NCBI GenBank assembly: GCA_963667715.1
Contig: OY763926.1
Coordinates: forward strand, 2,654,177 to 2,718,176
Origin: Sedimentisphaerales bacterium
GTDB taxonomy: Bacteria; Planctomycetota; Phycisphaerae; Sedimentisphaerales; SM23-30
Length of the DNA: 64,000 bases
Direction of reading: 5' to 3'
Made by a program: the position numbers and the translations under genes. This document shows, one piece after another, positions 1 to 9,407 of the stretch; the stretch's first letter is position 1; each line of letters starts with the position of its first letter. The notes beneath the pieces were generated by a model. That model had not been told where the DNA came from and ran no database searches. It worked only from the letters and a program-made list of their open reading frames with translations.

Positions 1-549
1 TTGCCATATACACTGGCCGCGAGCAGCGAAAAACACAAGAACTTCAAGATATTCATATCATTCCTTTCCGGCCGTCTGGCAGGCTATATCGCTGTTGGGA
101 TGATATTAGGTGCACTGGGGGCATTTTCCAGTAGTTATCTTGACCCGCACACATCTATCCAATTAAAACGGATATCATATCCGATAGCTGGTGTTGTATT
201 ACTGGCGGGTGGATTGAAGCTAAGTATGCCTGAACTTAAAATATGTAAGCTGTACAGCAGATTTTATAAATCAGATATCAACGCCCTGCTGCTCGGATTA
301 ATAACCGGCTTGAGCTTGTGCCCTCCTTTTTTTGCCGCTGCCGCCCGGGTATTTGGTGAACAGTCAACACTGGGCGGAGCGTTGTACTTTTTCATATTCT
401 ACCTTGGTACAAGCATATGGTTCCTGCCGCTGCTGGGAGTACCAGCTATAAAACGTGTGGTAAAACCGATACAACTAATCTCACGTACCGCAATGATACT
501 TATCGGCATATACTATCTGGTCTTCATGGGCATACTCGGAGCATTTTAA
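1..549 (+). CDS. Integral membrane protein, DsbD_2/CcdA- or TauE-like (5' end probably cut by the window edge)
   Basis: The frame is open from base 1 with no upstream context. It has several hydrophobic G/A/L-rich helices, and the block 'LITGLSLCPPFF' is reminiscent of the DsbD_2-type transmembrane family. The stop lies 4 nt before the next gene. Confidence 0.5.
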   Translation: MPYTLAASSEKHKNFKIFISFLSGRLAGYIAVGMILGALGAFSSSYLDPHTSIQLKRISYPIAGVVLLAGGLKLSMPELKICKLYSRFYKSDINALLLGLITGLSLCPPFFAAAARVFGEQSTLGGALYFFIFYLGTSIWFLPLLGVPAIKRVVKPIQLISRTAMILIGIYYLVFMGILGAF

Positions 550-553
550 GTAA

Positions 554-1738
554 ATGATTAAGATGAAAGTTCAACGCAGTAAAAATGCTTTATCTATCCC
601 GGCAGCGGTAATGCTTTATATTATGATGCTGGCAATAATGCATTTTTTCATCATTCAACATAATCAGGGCACAGCAACAGCGGCCAGCTGGGTGTATTAT
701 ATATACCTGTCTGTACTATATGGCCTGATGCTATACACCGGCAAGACGGGCTTCTATCGCCGTATTTTCTTTATATCATTTGCATTGCTGTTTTTCCCAG
801 CATTTATTGCAAATCTGGTCGAAATGCGCGGCAGCATGGGCCTGACAGAAGCCGACATAGTAAATAGCGAAACACCATTCTGTCATATTGTAATACCTAT
901 AACAATGATCCAGGGAGTAATAAGCAAAACGATCATCTTCCCAGCCAGAATGACCAGCCATTATGCTTCAGTATACTCTATGATCAGTATATGGCTGATC
1001 GCATCTATGATCCTGGGGCGAGGTTGGTGTTCCTGGATATGCTTTTATGGAGGTTGGGAAGAAGGAGCCTCACATATCTCGAAGAAAAAGAGACTTAATA
1101 TTGACAATCCACCAGAGGTTCTGCGGTTCTTTAACTACTCAATGCTAATGTTCTTGGTGCTGGTATCACTGGCAACAGCTTCATCGATATATTGCGAATG
1201 GTTCTGCCCATTTAAGATGGTAACAGAATATGCAGAAGTGACCAATCTTAAAAGCTACCTTGCTACGATCATGTTTATATGCCTGTTCTTTGGTCTGGTA
1301 ATAGTAATGCCTTTCTTGACAAAGAAAAGATTCCAGTGCTCTGTCTTTTGCCCATTTGGCGCTTTCCAAAGCATAGTAGATCGCGTGAGTATGTACCGGG
1401 TAAGAATCGATACCGAGAAGTGTGTTAAGTGCGGTAAATGTATACGCATGTGCCCTACGCTGTCAATGACAGAAAGCTCATATAAAAGTAAAGGGGAGCC
1501 TCTTTATAGCTGCACAAAATGTGGAGAATGTATAGATAACTGCCCAACAGGTGCGATATCATACGGATTCAGTATCCATAAAAAAGTAATTCACCATAAA
1601 GGCTTATTCAGAGATTTGCTATCACCAGATGCCCTGCTGCCTTTTACCGCGTTTATATTTGGCATGATAATATCATCAGGATTTGCAACACAAACAATAG
1701 CAATGCTGCTTTCGCTGTTTTCAGGAGAACAGATATGA
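554..1738 (+). CDS. Polytopic membrane 4Fe-4S ferredoxin-type protein (NapH/NosR/MauN-like)
   Basis: 394-aa ORF with multiple TM helices. It has membrane-proximal Cys blocks (CSWICFYGG, CEWFCPFK, CSVFCPFG) and two classical ferredoxin motifs (CVKCGKCIRMCP, CTKCGECIDNCP). Its stop overlaps the next start (ATGA at 1735-1738). Confidence 0.8.
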   Translation: MIKMKVQRSKNALSIPAAVMLYIMMLAIMHFFIIQHNQGTATAASWVYYIYLSVLYGLMLYTGKTGFYRRIFFISFALLFFPAFIANLVEMRGSMGLTEADIVNSETPFCHIVIPITMIQGVISKTIIFPARMTSHYASVYSMISIWLIASMILGRGWCSWICFYGGWEEGASHISKKKRLNIDNPPEVLRFFNYSMLMFLVLVSLATASSIYCEWFCPFKMVTEYAEVTNLKSYLATIMFICLFFGLVIVMPFLTKKRFQCSVFCPFGAFQSIVDRVSMYRVRIDTEKCVKCGKCIRMCPTLSMTESSYKSKGEPLYSCTKCGECIDNCPTGAISYGFSIHKKVIHHKGLFRDLLSPDALLPFTAFIFGMIISSGFATQTIAMLLSLFSGEQI

Positions 1739-3273
1739 GATCGATAGGAGTTTTAATTTCAGGAATAATCGCTCTACTAAGCGCGTTGTCTGTACCGCTT
1801 TTCTTTATTAACAGCGGAGTGATAGAAAAGTATATGTACCAGAGCTACCCAATGCAGGTGGCCGAAAACTATACCGGCGGAAGTGTATATTCCAGTTTTA
1901 ACGATCCATATGGCGATGATAATGGAGAAGGGACTCTGACATATCCTGATAACAAATACTGGCAGAGAATGAATACGCTAGATATTATCCGCTATGTAGT
2001 ACACAAGCCAGTCACTGACGGTAAATGGTCATCACAAAAGGTATTCTGGCAGCTTGATATAACACTGGGAGCATTAGATAATCCGCTTAACGCACCAGCT
2101 GGCTTTACCCACCCGGCCATTCACATATATATAGACATTGACGGCCAAAAGAGCGGTTCAACCACAACAGCGGAGCCTGAATGTGAGATGGTACAGTTCT
2201 GTAAAGAGCACCCATGGGATTATTACGTGGATATTAACGGGTTCAGTACAACCGGCAAACTTAAATCTGCTGAGGGTAAATATGAGAAGGAATTTCCTTT
2301 TTACCTGGACAAGAAAAATAATACTATTATTGCCAGACTGCCACTTGAAAAAGATGGCTTACTTAACATACTTGACGGCAGAGCTACCGCCCATTATGTA
2401 TTAGTAGGTGCATATTCACAGCTGGACAATGGACATTTTATGAAAGTACAGCCAGGTAATAGTACTACCGTTTGCGGATGCGGAGCAAAATGCATGCTAA
2501 GTCCAAAAGTATATGATATGCTCACGCCAGAATCACATAGCCAGCGAGATATGCTTAATTCATATAACGTAACATCCTGTACACCAGCTACCATATACCC
2601 AGTAATTGCTAACGGCAAAGAAGTAAAAAGTACAGTCACACCAATGGTAAGTCTGGAAGAATTGAAAGCAGCGGCGGAAAAAGAAGTAGCATCTGAGCCT
2701 GAACCTGAAAGTATAGAAGATATACTATCCGGAGATAAAAGCCAGACAGATAAAATGGTAGAATTATTCAAAGCCAACCATATTGATAAAGCTGAAGAGC
2801 TCGCCCAAACCATACTTGCTGAGGATAGTGACAATGCCGTTGTACTGGCTTATTCTGGCAGTATAAGTGCGATTCGAGGTGGTCAGGCAACGTCAATAAT
2901 GGATGCCGTCGGGTGCGTGCAAAAGGCCTACGAAATATTCGACAAGGCCGAAAAACTGATGAGCACAGAACAAGAGCTGTTACAACTCTACCTCAACCGT
3001 GGTAATGTCTCACTGATAGTACCAGAAGCTGTATTTCATAAAAGCCAGCTGGGAGCAGAAGACTTCGAGAAAGCGGGAAATATATATCTGTCAATGGGCA
3101 ATGAGTACAAACCCGAAGCCGGCGAGTCATTCTACAATGCTGGTAAGTGTCTGGAAAATGTTGACAGTAAGATACAGGCTGAAATAATGTTCAGTCGAGC
3201 AGCGGCAATTCCAAATCTGAAAGCTACAACACGCTATGAGCTGGCCAAAATGGGCTATATTGGCTCAAACTAA
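1735..3273 (+). CDS. Membrane-anchored exported protein with a glucodextranase-C/DOMON-like domain and a helical (TPR-like) C-terminus
   Basis: The N-terminal TM/signal anchor is MRSIGVLISGIIALLSALSVPLFF. The block 'DPYGDDNGEGTLTYPDN ... LDIIRYVV ... FTHPAIHIYIDIDG' matches my memory of the glucodextranase C-terminal (PF09985-type) signature. The C-terminal third is helical and repeat-like. Confidence 0.55.
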   Translation: MRSIGVLISGIIALLSALSVPLFFINSGVIEKYMYQSYPMQVAENYTGGSVYSSFNDPYGDDNGEGTLTYPDNKYWQRMNTLDIIRYVVHKPVTDGKWSSQKVFWQLDITLGALDNPLNAPAGFTHPAIHIYIDIDGQKSGSTTTAEPECEMVQFCKEHPWDYYVDINGFSTTGKLKSAEGKYEKEFPFYLDKKNNTIIARLPLEKDGLLNILDGRATAHYVLVGAYSQLDNGHFMKVQPGNSTTVCGCGAKCMLSPKVYDMLTPESHSQRDMLNSYNVTSCTPATIYPVIANGKEVKSTVTPMVSLEELKAAAEKEVASEPEPESIEDILSGDKSQTDKMVELFKANHIDKAEELAQTILAEDSDNAVVLAYSGSISAIRGGQATSIMDAVGCVQKAYEIFDKAEKLMSTEQELLQLYLNRGNVSLIVPEAVFHKSQLGAEDFEKAGNIYLSMGNEYKPEAGESFYNAGKCLENVDSKIQAEIMFSRAAAIPNLKATTRYELAKMGYIGSN

Positions 3274-3286
3274 TATAGTCTTGCCC

Positions 3287-4192
3287 CTAAGCTGTTTCCT
3301 GTCGCAGATTTGTAATATCACGCAACGGCGAATTACCAAATAGGCGACTATACTCTCTGCTAAACTGGGATGGACTCTCATAGCCTACCTTAAAGGCCGC
3401 CATGCCAGCATCCAACGACTCTGCCAGCATAAGCCTGCGGGCTTCACTAAGCCGGAGCCATTTTTGATATTGAAGTGGACTCATTGCGGTCATTTTACGG
3501 AAATGATGATGGAATGTCGATGGGCTCATATGCACATGAGAGGCCAGCTCTTCAACCCTTAGCTGGTCGCTATAGTTTGTCTTGAGCCAGCTGATCGCCT
3601 TTGCTATCTGATGGCTGGAGCTGCCGGCAGATGCCATCTGCCTCAAACGCAGCCCCTGATCACCGACCAGAACACGATAATATATTTCTCGTTTTATGAC
3701 TGGTGCCAAAATAGGAATATCGTCAGGTTCATCCATCAGCTGCACCAGCCTCTTAAAAGCGTCGAGCAGTGGCAGAGTAACTTCACCAAGAGCAATTCCC
3801 CTGGTTGACGGCTCTGTTCTGGGCTGAGGCAGATTCCCTTCCACAACAAGCTGAGATATTTCTTTTAGATCTAGATTTAGTGCCAATCCCAGACAAGGAA
3901 GCTCGGGTGAGGCTTTCACTACCTGCACTGTAGTAGGTATATCGATAGAAGAGAGTAAAAAGTGGTCTGAGTCATAAGTGTACGAGTCGCTTCCAAGAAT
4001 AACTCTTTTAGCCCCCTGCACAGTCAGACACAATACCGGCTCATACATTGCATTATCCGGCTGAGTAGGTTTTGTACGCCGGAAACAGGCCAGACCTTGA
4101 ATCTCAGTCTCAGCAAAGTTCAGACCTCCGGTTATTTGGGCAATTGCATCCGATAATATTTTAAGTTCTTTTTTCACAATAGTTAACCTCAA
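3287..4192 (-). CDS. AraC family transcriptional regulator (AraC_N-type sensor domain + HTH_18)
   Basis: The C-terminal block 'LRVEELASHVHMSPSTFHHHFRKMTAMSPLQYQKWLRLSEARRLM ... VGYESPSQFSREYSRLFG' is the canonical double AraC HTH. The gene is divergent from the flavodoxin-cupin-ADH genes. Confidence 0.9.
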   Translation of the reverse strand: MRLTIVKKELKILSDAIAQITGGLNFAETEIQGLACFRRTKPTQPDNAMYEPVLCLTVQGAKRVILGSDSYTYDSDHFLLSSIDIPTTVQVVKASPELPCLGLALNLDLKEISQLVVEGNLPQPRTEPSTRGIALGEVTLPLLDAFKRLVQLMDEPDDIPILAPVIKREIYYRVLVGDQGLRLRQMASAGSSSHQIAKAISWLKTNYSDQLRVEELASHVHMSPSTFHHHFRKMTAMSPLQYQKWLRLSEARRLMLAESLDAGMAAFKVGYESPSQFSREYSRLFGNSPLRDITNLRQETA

Positions 4193-4392
4193 ATGCTATA
4201 TATATAGTCTATAATATACTGCTACAGATTAGCAAATAATTACCTGTTTTTCAATAAAATCTACTATAGCTCGCTGGATCAGGCAAGAATTAAGCAGGAT
4301 CAATCTACCACTTACCCGCTTTTGATCGTATAATTATATAGGTGAACAATAACAGGTAAACTGCCTACAATAACCAGCAAGAAGGAACTTAT

Positions 4393-4881
4393 ATGGCCAA
4401 TAACATAAAATCAAAGGTTTTAATAGCATATTACTCATATAGTGGAAATACCAGATCGATAGCAGAAGAGATCAAGAACCAGACAGGCGGTAAAATATTT
4501 GAGATATTACCAACCGAAGCGTATCCAACCAGCTATAATGCCTGCGTGTCTAAAGCACGCAAAGAATGTGGCAGTAAATTCAAGCCGGAGCTGGTTAATA
4601 TAGTACCAGACATAGAAGACTATGACACTATTTTTATTGGCACACCAAACTGGTGCAGCACAATGGCACCACCAGTACTAAGCTTCATTGCTAAACATAA
4701 TATGGAAGGTAAGAAAGTTATACCATTTGTAACTCACGGCGGTGGTGGAATGGCTCGCTGTGAAGCTGACATTCAAAAAGCTTGCAGCGGTTCAACTTTC
4801 GCCAAAGCAATAGGCCTGTATAATAACAGTAATAGAAACAACGAAACCACACTATCTGAATGGATAGCACAGTCAATTTAA
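4393..4881 (+). CDS. Flavodoxin family protein
   Basis: The N-terminal 'KVLIAYYSYSGNTRSIAEEI' is an FMN phosphate-binding loop (S/T-x-S-G-N-T). The protein is 162 aa. An AAGGA Shine-Dalgarno sequence lies upstream. Confidence 0.85.
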   Translation: MANNIKSKVLIAYYSYSGNTRSIAEEIKNQTGGKIFEILPTEAYPTSYNACVSKARKECGSKFKPELVNIVPDIEDYDTIFIGTPNWCSTMAPPVLSFIAKHNMEGKKVIPFVTHGGGGMARCEADIQKACSGSTFAKAIGLYNNSNRNNETTLSEWIAQSI

Positions 4882-4897
4882 TAAAGAGGTAAATAAC

Positions 4898-5320
4898 ATG
4901 AATACTGAAGATAATAAAAATAGCAACCACCTGCCAGATGTTTTTCCTAAAGGTGAGGTAATATCAAATAACTTTATTGGCAAGGCCTGGCTTTCGTTCC
5001 TTACAAAAAATGACGAATGCGATATCTTGATCTACAATGTAACATTTGAACCAGGCTGTCGCAATGACTGGCATAAACACAGTGTTGGCCAGATATTACT
5101 ATGCACAGTAGGTGTCGGCTATTATCAGGAACGCGGTAAAGCGGCTCAGAGACTAGAGCCGGGCGATGTGGTGAATATACCAGCTAATGTGGACCATTGG
5201 CACGGAGCTGCTCCAGACTGTGAATTCGCTCATATCGGACTGACACCTAAGATGAGCGAAAACAAAGTGGAATGGCTCGGACAGGTGAATGACCAAGAGT
5301 ATAATGAAGCAGTAAAATAA
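4898..5320 (+). CDS. Cupin domain protein
   Basis: Cupin motifs 'GCRNDWHKHSVGQIL' and 'GDVVNIPANVDHWHGA' in a 140-aa protein. Confidence 0.8.
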   Translation: MNTEDNKNSNHLPDVFPKGEVISNNFIGKAWLSFLTKNDECDILIYNVTFEPGCRNDWHKHSVGQILLCTVGVGYYQERGKAAQRLEPGDVVNIPANVDHWHGAAPDCEFAHIGLTPKMSENKVEWLGQVNDQEYNEAVK

Positions 5321-5380
5321 ATATTTACTAATCACATCTCTTTAGGACAATAAATAATAATACAATCGAAAGGTAATATC

Positions 5381-6571
5381 ATGCAATTTGAATATTATAA
5401 TCCAACCCATATGATATTCGGTGCCGGTTCTCTGGCCCGCATAGGTGAAGTAGCAAGCAAATATGGTAAAACAGCTCTGGTAGTAACTGGCAGTGGAAGT
5501 GTCAAGCGAAACGGTACTTTTGACAAACTGACAAAAAGCCTCACAGATGCCGGAGTAGCTATATTTGAATGTGACGGCATAGAACCTAACCCAAGAATAT
5601 CATCTGTCAGACGCGGTGCGGCAACTGCCAGAGAGAATAAATGTGACATGATCATCGCTTTGGGCGGCGGTAGTACCATGGATGCCAGTAAGGCGATCGC
5701 TGCGGCGGTATTATACGATGGCGATCCATGGGATATGGTATTCCACGGTCAGGAAAATGTCCATATCCCCACCGAAGCTTTGCCAATAATAACAGTTCCA
5801 ACGCTGGCTGCGACAGGTTCTGAAATGAACTGCGGAGCTGTGATAACAAATGAAGAGACTACAGAAAAGTCATTCATGAGTACTGGCTGTCTGTACCCCA
5901 AAGTTGCGATAGTTGACCCACAACTAACAGTCAGCGTCCCTAAAAATCAAACAGCATACGGCGTTTGTGACATTATCACACATATAACAGAATCATACTT
6001 AAATAGCTCAGATACCACACCAATACAAGATAAATTCGCCGAAGGTGCTATACTCACAGCTATTGAATATGGTCAAAAGGCAATTGCTGACGGCAATGAT
6101 CTCGAAGCGAGAGCTCAGGTGCAATGGGCATCTATCGTAGCACTTAACGGCTGGATCGGCTCAGGTTCAGGTAGTGCTGGGTTCCCGGTACATATGATCG
6201 AGCATACCGTATCAGCCTACCATGATATCACACATGCTGCAGGTTTGGCAATAATCAACCCGGCGTGGATGAGATTTGCCGCAAAGAGCAATACTCCTAA
6301 GTTTGTACAGTTTGCAGAGCGTATTTTCGGGTTAAAAGCTAAAGGCCCGGACGATCTGGAATGTGCAATGGCTGGAATAGATAAATTTGAAGAATTCCTG
6401 AAGTCTATAAGTTGTCCAGTACGCTTCTCAGAACTGGGAATAGGCGATGAGCTAATTGAGACATACGCCAAAGAAACCCTGCGGATAATAAATGACGGCA
6501 AAGGAAACCTACCTGCCTTGCCTGCAATGTCAGTAGACGATATTATCGAGGTATTGAAAGCCGCACTATAA
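5381..6571 (+). CDS. Iron-containing (group III) alcohol dehydrogenase, butanol dehydrogenase/YqhD-like
   Basis: Fe-ADH signatures: 'IIALGGGSTMDASKAIA', 'TLAATGSEMN', and His-rich metal-site blocks 'CDIITHITESY' and 'HMIEHTVSAYHDITHAAGLA'. Confidence 0.9.
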   Translation: MQFEYYNPTHMIFGAGSLARIGEVASKYGKTALVVTGSGSVKRNGTFDKLTKSLTDAGVAIFECDGIEPNPRISSVRRGAATARENKCDMIIALGGGSTMDASKAIAAAVLYDGDPWDMVFHGQENVHIPTEALPIITVPTLAATGSEMNCGAVITNEETTEKSFMSTGCLYPKVAIVDPQLTVSVPKNQTAYGVCDIITHITESYLNSSDTTPIQDKFAEGAILTAIEYGQKAIADGNDLEARAQVQWASIVALNGWIGSGSGSAGFPVHMIEHTVSAYHDITHAAGLAIINPAWMRFAAKSNTPKFVQFAERIFGLKAKGPDDLECAMAGIDKFEEFLKSISCPVRFSELGIGDELIETYAKETLRIINDGKGNLPALPAMSVDDIIEVLKAAL

Positions 6572-6625
6572 AACATAAATTTAATACCGCCGTAGTAGAA
6601 ACTATGGTGCTTATTGACCGACTAA

Positions 6626-6660
6626 AGCCTTGTATGCTAAATGCATTCAAGGCTTTTTTT
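6626..6660 (+). terminator. Intrinsic terminator after the alcohol dehydrogenase gene (part of an alternative-pairing element)
   Basis: AAAGCCTTG (6624-6632) pairs with CAAGGCTTT (6648-6656), followed by a T7 run (6654-6660). Confidence 0.6.
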
Positions 6661-6804
6661 GTTAGCATACAAGGCAAAAGCAACTCCAATAAAATAAAGT
6701 CCATCTCATTTGCAACTATGTCTATTCTATTTATAGGTATTTTTACAATAATAAAGATTGGATATTTCAATACAAGCACCTGGACAATCATGGAGTTACT
6801 ACAA

Positions 6805-8433
6805 ATGACAGGAAAAGAAAGAGTACTAAAAGCAATTAGCTGCCAACAGGTTGACAGAATCCCCTGGGTGCCTTTTGTTGGAGTGCATGGAGCTTCACTG
6901 ATCGATATGACAGCAAATGATTATCTAAAATCATCTGAGGCAATCGTAAAAGGTGTAAACAAAGCTGTAGAACTATACGAACCAGACGGCATTCCTGTTG
7001 TATTTGATTTGCAGATCGAAGCAGAAATACTGGGCTGCGAGCTTAAATGGGCAAAAGATAACCCGCCGGCTGTCGTATCTCACCCATTATCAAATGGAAT
7101 AGAGCTTAATAGCCTTATCGTGCCCAAAGCAGACATGAGCAGACTGAAGGTTTCACTCGATGCAACAAAAAAGCTAAGAAAGCAACATCCGGATATTGCA
7201 TTGTATGGCCTGATAACCGGTCCATTTACACTTGCCCTGCATCTATTAGGTACAGATCTGTTTATGAAGATGTTTGACAACCCGGAATATATCTTCCAAC
7301 TTATGGAATTCTGTCGAGACGTAAATATAGCAGTAAGTAAATACTACATAGAAGCCGGTTGTGATATAGTAGCGATAGTAGACCCAATGACAAGCCAGAT
7401 AGGCCCTGAAGAATTCAGCAGTTTTATAACTCCATATGTTAAAGCGGTGTTTGAATCGATAAGAAAAGAGGGTGCTAAAAGCTCATTTTTCGTCTGCGGT
7501 CACGCGCAGCAGAACATATCAGCGATGTGCGACTGTAAGCCGGATAATGTTTCTATTGACGAAAATATACCGCTGGATTTTGTTCGAGATGAATGCCTTA
7601 AACGAAATATCAGTTACGGCGGTAACTTACAGCTGACAAGTGTCCTGCTGCTTGGCAATGAACTAGACAGCCAGAAAGATGCTATACGATGCATTGATAC
7701 CTGTAACGATCACGGTGGTTTCCTACTGGCACCCGGCTGTGATCTGCCGTTTGCCACACCACCAGAAAACCTAAAGGCAATATCTGAAATCATTATAGAT
7801 CAATACAAACTAGATGTCGCAAGAAATATCCCGCAAGACAGCTGCGAACTGCCAGTATTTGATATGAGCCAATATGGCCAAAGTGATAAAGTAATAGTGG
7901 ACATAATCACCCTGGACTCTGAAGCGTGTGCTCCTTGTCAATATATGGTTGACGCTGTTAGAAAAGTATTACCAGAATTTAACGGTATAGTTGAGATGCA
8001 GGAACATAAGATCAAATATAAAGAATCTATCCAGTTCATGACATCGCTAATGGTACGCAATATACCAACTATATGCATTGACGGGCAGATAACATTTGTT
8101 TCTCGGATCCCACCCCACGATGAGCTGGCAAAAGCTATCCAGAAACGAATAAATGAAAAATTCAGTATGATGGTAAAACAGCGAAAGGCAACACTATACA
8201 TCCTGGACAGCGACGATATTTACAGCAGTAATATCAAAGACAGGATAGGTCAGGCTGCGCAGGAACTAGGGGTAAACGTTGACATTGAAACAATAACTGA
8301 GCCCACAGAAATAGCCTCTTACGGAGCTGTTAAAAGCCAGACTCCGGCAGTGGTCATGGCACAATACAGCCTGAAATCTGCCCGGCATATACCAGAAGTA
8401 GCGGCAATAAAAGAATGGCTCAAGGGCGTATAA
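6805..8433 (+). CDS. URO-D superfamily (MtaA/CmuA-like) corrinoid methyltransferase fused to two C-terminal thioredoxin-fold (Thioredoxin_3-like) domains
   Basis: 'MTGKERVLKAISCQQVDRIPWVPF', 'GCDIVAIVDP', 'FFVCGH' and 'LLAPGCDLPF' are typical of the MtaA/URO-D family. Residues after about 7888 read like small glutaredoxin/thioredoxin-like proteins, the first with C-A-P-C (7927-7938). Start choice: ATG 6805 has GGAG 9 nt upstream, and ATG 6790 is an alternative. The ORF-track start 6604 runs through a terminator and is rejected. Confidence 0.8.
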   Translation: MTGKERVLKAISCQQVDRIPWVPFVGVHGASLIDMTANDYLKSSEAIVKGVNKAVELYEPDGIPVVFDLQIEAEILGCELKWAKDNPPAVVSHPLSNGIELNSLIVPKADMSRLKVSLDATKKLRKQHPDIALYGLITGPFTLALHLLGTDLFMKMFDNPEYIFQLMEFCRDVNIAVSKYYIEAGCDIVAIVDPMTSQIGPEEFSSFITPYVKAVFESIRKEGAKSSFFVCGHAQQNISAMCDCKPDNVSIDENIPLDFVRDECLKRNISYGGNLQLTSVLLLGNELDSQKDAIRCIDTCNDHGGFLLAPGCDLPFATPPENLKAISEIIIDQYKLDVARNIPQDSCELPVFDMSQYGQSDKVIVDIITLDSEACAPCQYMVDAVRKVLPEFNGIVEMQEHKIKYKESIQFMTSLMVRNIPTICIDGQITFVSRIPPHDELAKAIQKRINEKFSMMVKQRKATLYILDSDDIYSSNIKDRIGQAAQELGVNVDIETITEPTEIASYGAVKSQTPAVVMAQYSLKSARHIPEVAAIKEWLKGV

Positions 8434-9363
8434 ATGCAAAATAACTATGCACAAATTGAAGTTTGGCTGCTGACAGGGTTTCTGGGCTCGGGCAAGACTA
8501 CCATGCTAAACGCCTTGCTCAATAATGAGTATTTTGCTGATAAAGATACCGCACTGGTGATAAATGAATACGGTAGTATCGGGATAGACAGCAACCTTAT
8601 CCAGAAACAGGAGCTGCCAAAATACGAGATCAATAAGGGCAGTATTTTCTGTATCTGTACCAAAACTGAATTTTTCAAGGTATTTGAACAATTGCGGACA
8701 AATCGACCTGAAATTGTCATTATAGAAGCTACAGGGATTGCAGAAACCAGCGGTATAGAACAACTTCTTAGTGAACCCATGCTGGAAAACTTATTCAAAA
8801 CACGTTGCAATATTTGCATGGTAGATGCGAAGAACTTTGTCCAGACTGCTGCATTTCTAAAAACGGCCGTTTCACAAGTAGAACAGGCAGATGCTGTTAT
8901 TATAAATAAAATTGACCTCGCAACTGCTAATAGCCTGGCTCAGACTCAGGAAATAGTTACCAGGCTAAACCCAGCTGCTCAGATCTACAAAGCTGAATAT
9001 GGAAAGGTTAAAAGCGACTTTTTAACCAGTATATGTCGACAGAATAAGAAAAGCGTAATATCGCAGAATCCCCCAGGGAAAATGCCGTCATCATACATAA
9101 AAACTGATATACCACTCGATAAGAATGTGTTTTTTTACACTGTTGAAAAGCTTAAAAAGAGCATACTTAGACTAAAAGGGAATATTGCTTTTACAGATTG
9201 TAATGCATTTATTGAAATCGCCGGCCAAGAGATAATTGTAAAACCGGCATGTCAAAACATGGGTAATCACACATCATTTTGTGTAATTGGATGGGAAATC
9301 GAGAAACAGGAGCTTACAGCCGCATTTGAAAAATGCTTATATAAAGCTCATCAGAATCAGTAA
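8434..9363 (+). CDS. CobW/COG0523-family G3E P-loop GTPase (metallochaperone-like)
   Basis: Walker A 'GFLGSGKTT', 'IIEATGIAE', 'NKIDL' and a CobW_C-like C-terminus. The start abuts the previous stop (TAAATG). Confidence 0.85.
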   Translation: MQNNYAQIEVWLLTGFLGSGKTTMLNALLNNEYFADKDTALVINEYGSIGIDSNLIQKQELPKYEINKGSIFCICTKTEFFKVFEQLRTNRPEIVIIEATGIAETSGIEQLLSEPMLENLFKTRCNICMVDAKNFVQTAAFLKTAVSQVEQADAVIINKIDLATANSLAQTQEIVTRLNPAAQIYKAEYGKVKSDFLTSICRQNKKSVISQNPPGKMPSSYIKTDIPLDKNVFFYTVEKLKKSILRLKGNIAFTDCNAFIEIAGQEIIVKPACQNMGNHTSFCVIGWEIEKQELTAAFEKCLYKAHQNQ

Positions 9364-9407
9364 TCGCACATAGAAACAAAGAATATTGTAAAATAACAGG
9401 AGTAGTA

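Noticed and set aside
6604-6804. N-terminal extension of the methyltransferase ORF (track start 6604; 'MVLIDRLKPCMLNAFKAFFVSIQGK...').
   Set aside because: The extension runs through an intrinsic terminator and alternative hairpin (6624-6675) and encodes low-complexity hydrophobic sequence unrelated to the URO-D family. The family-typical N-terminus 'MTGKERVLKAI' starts at 6805, with GGAG upstream.
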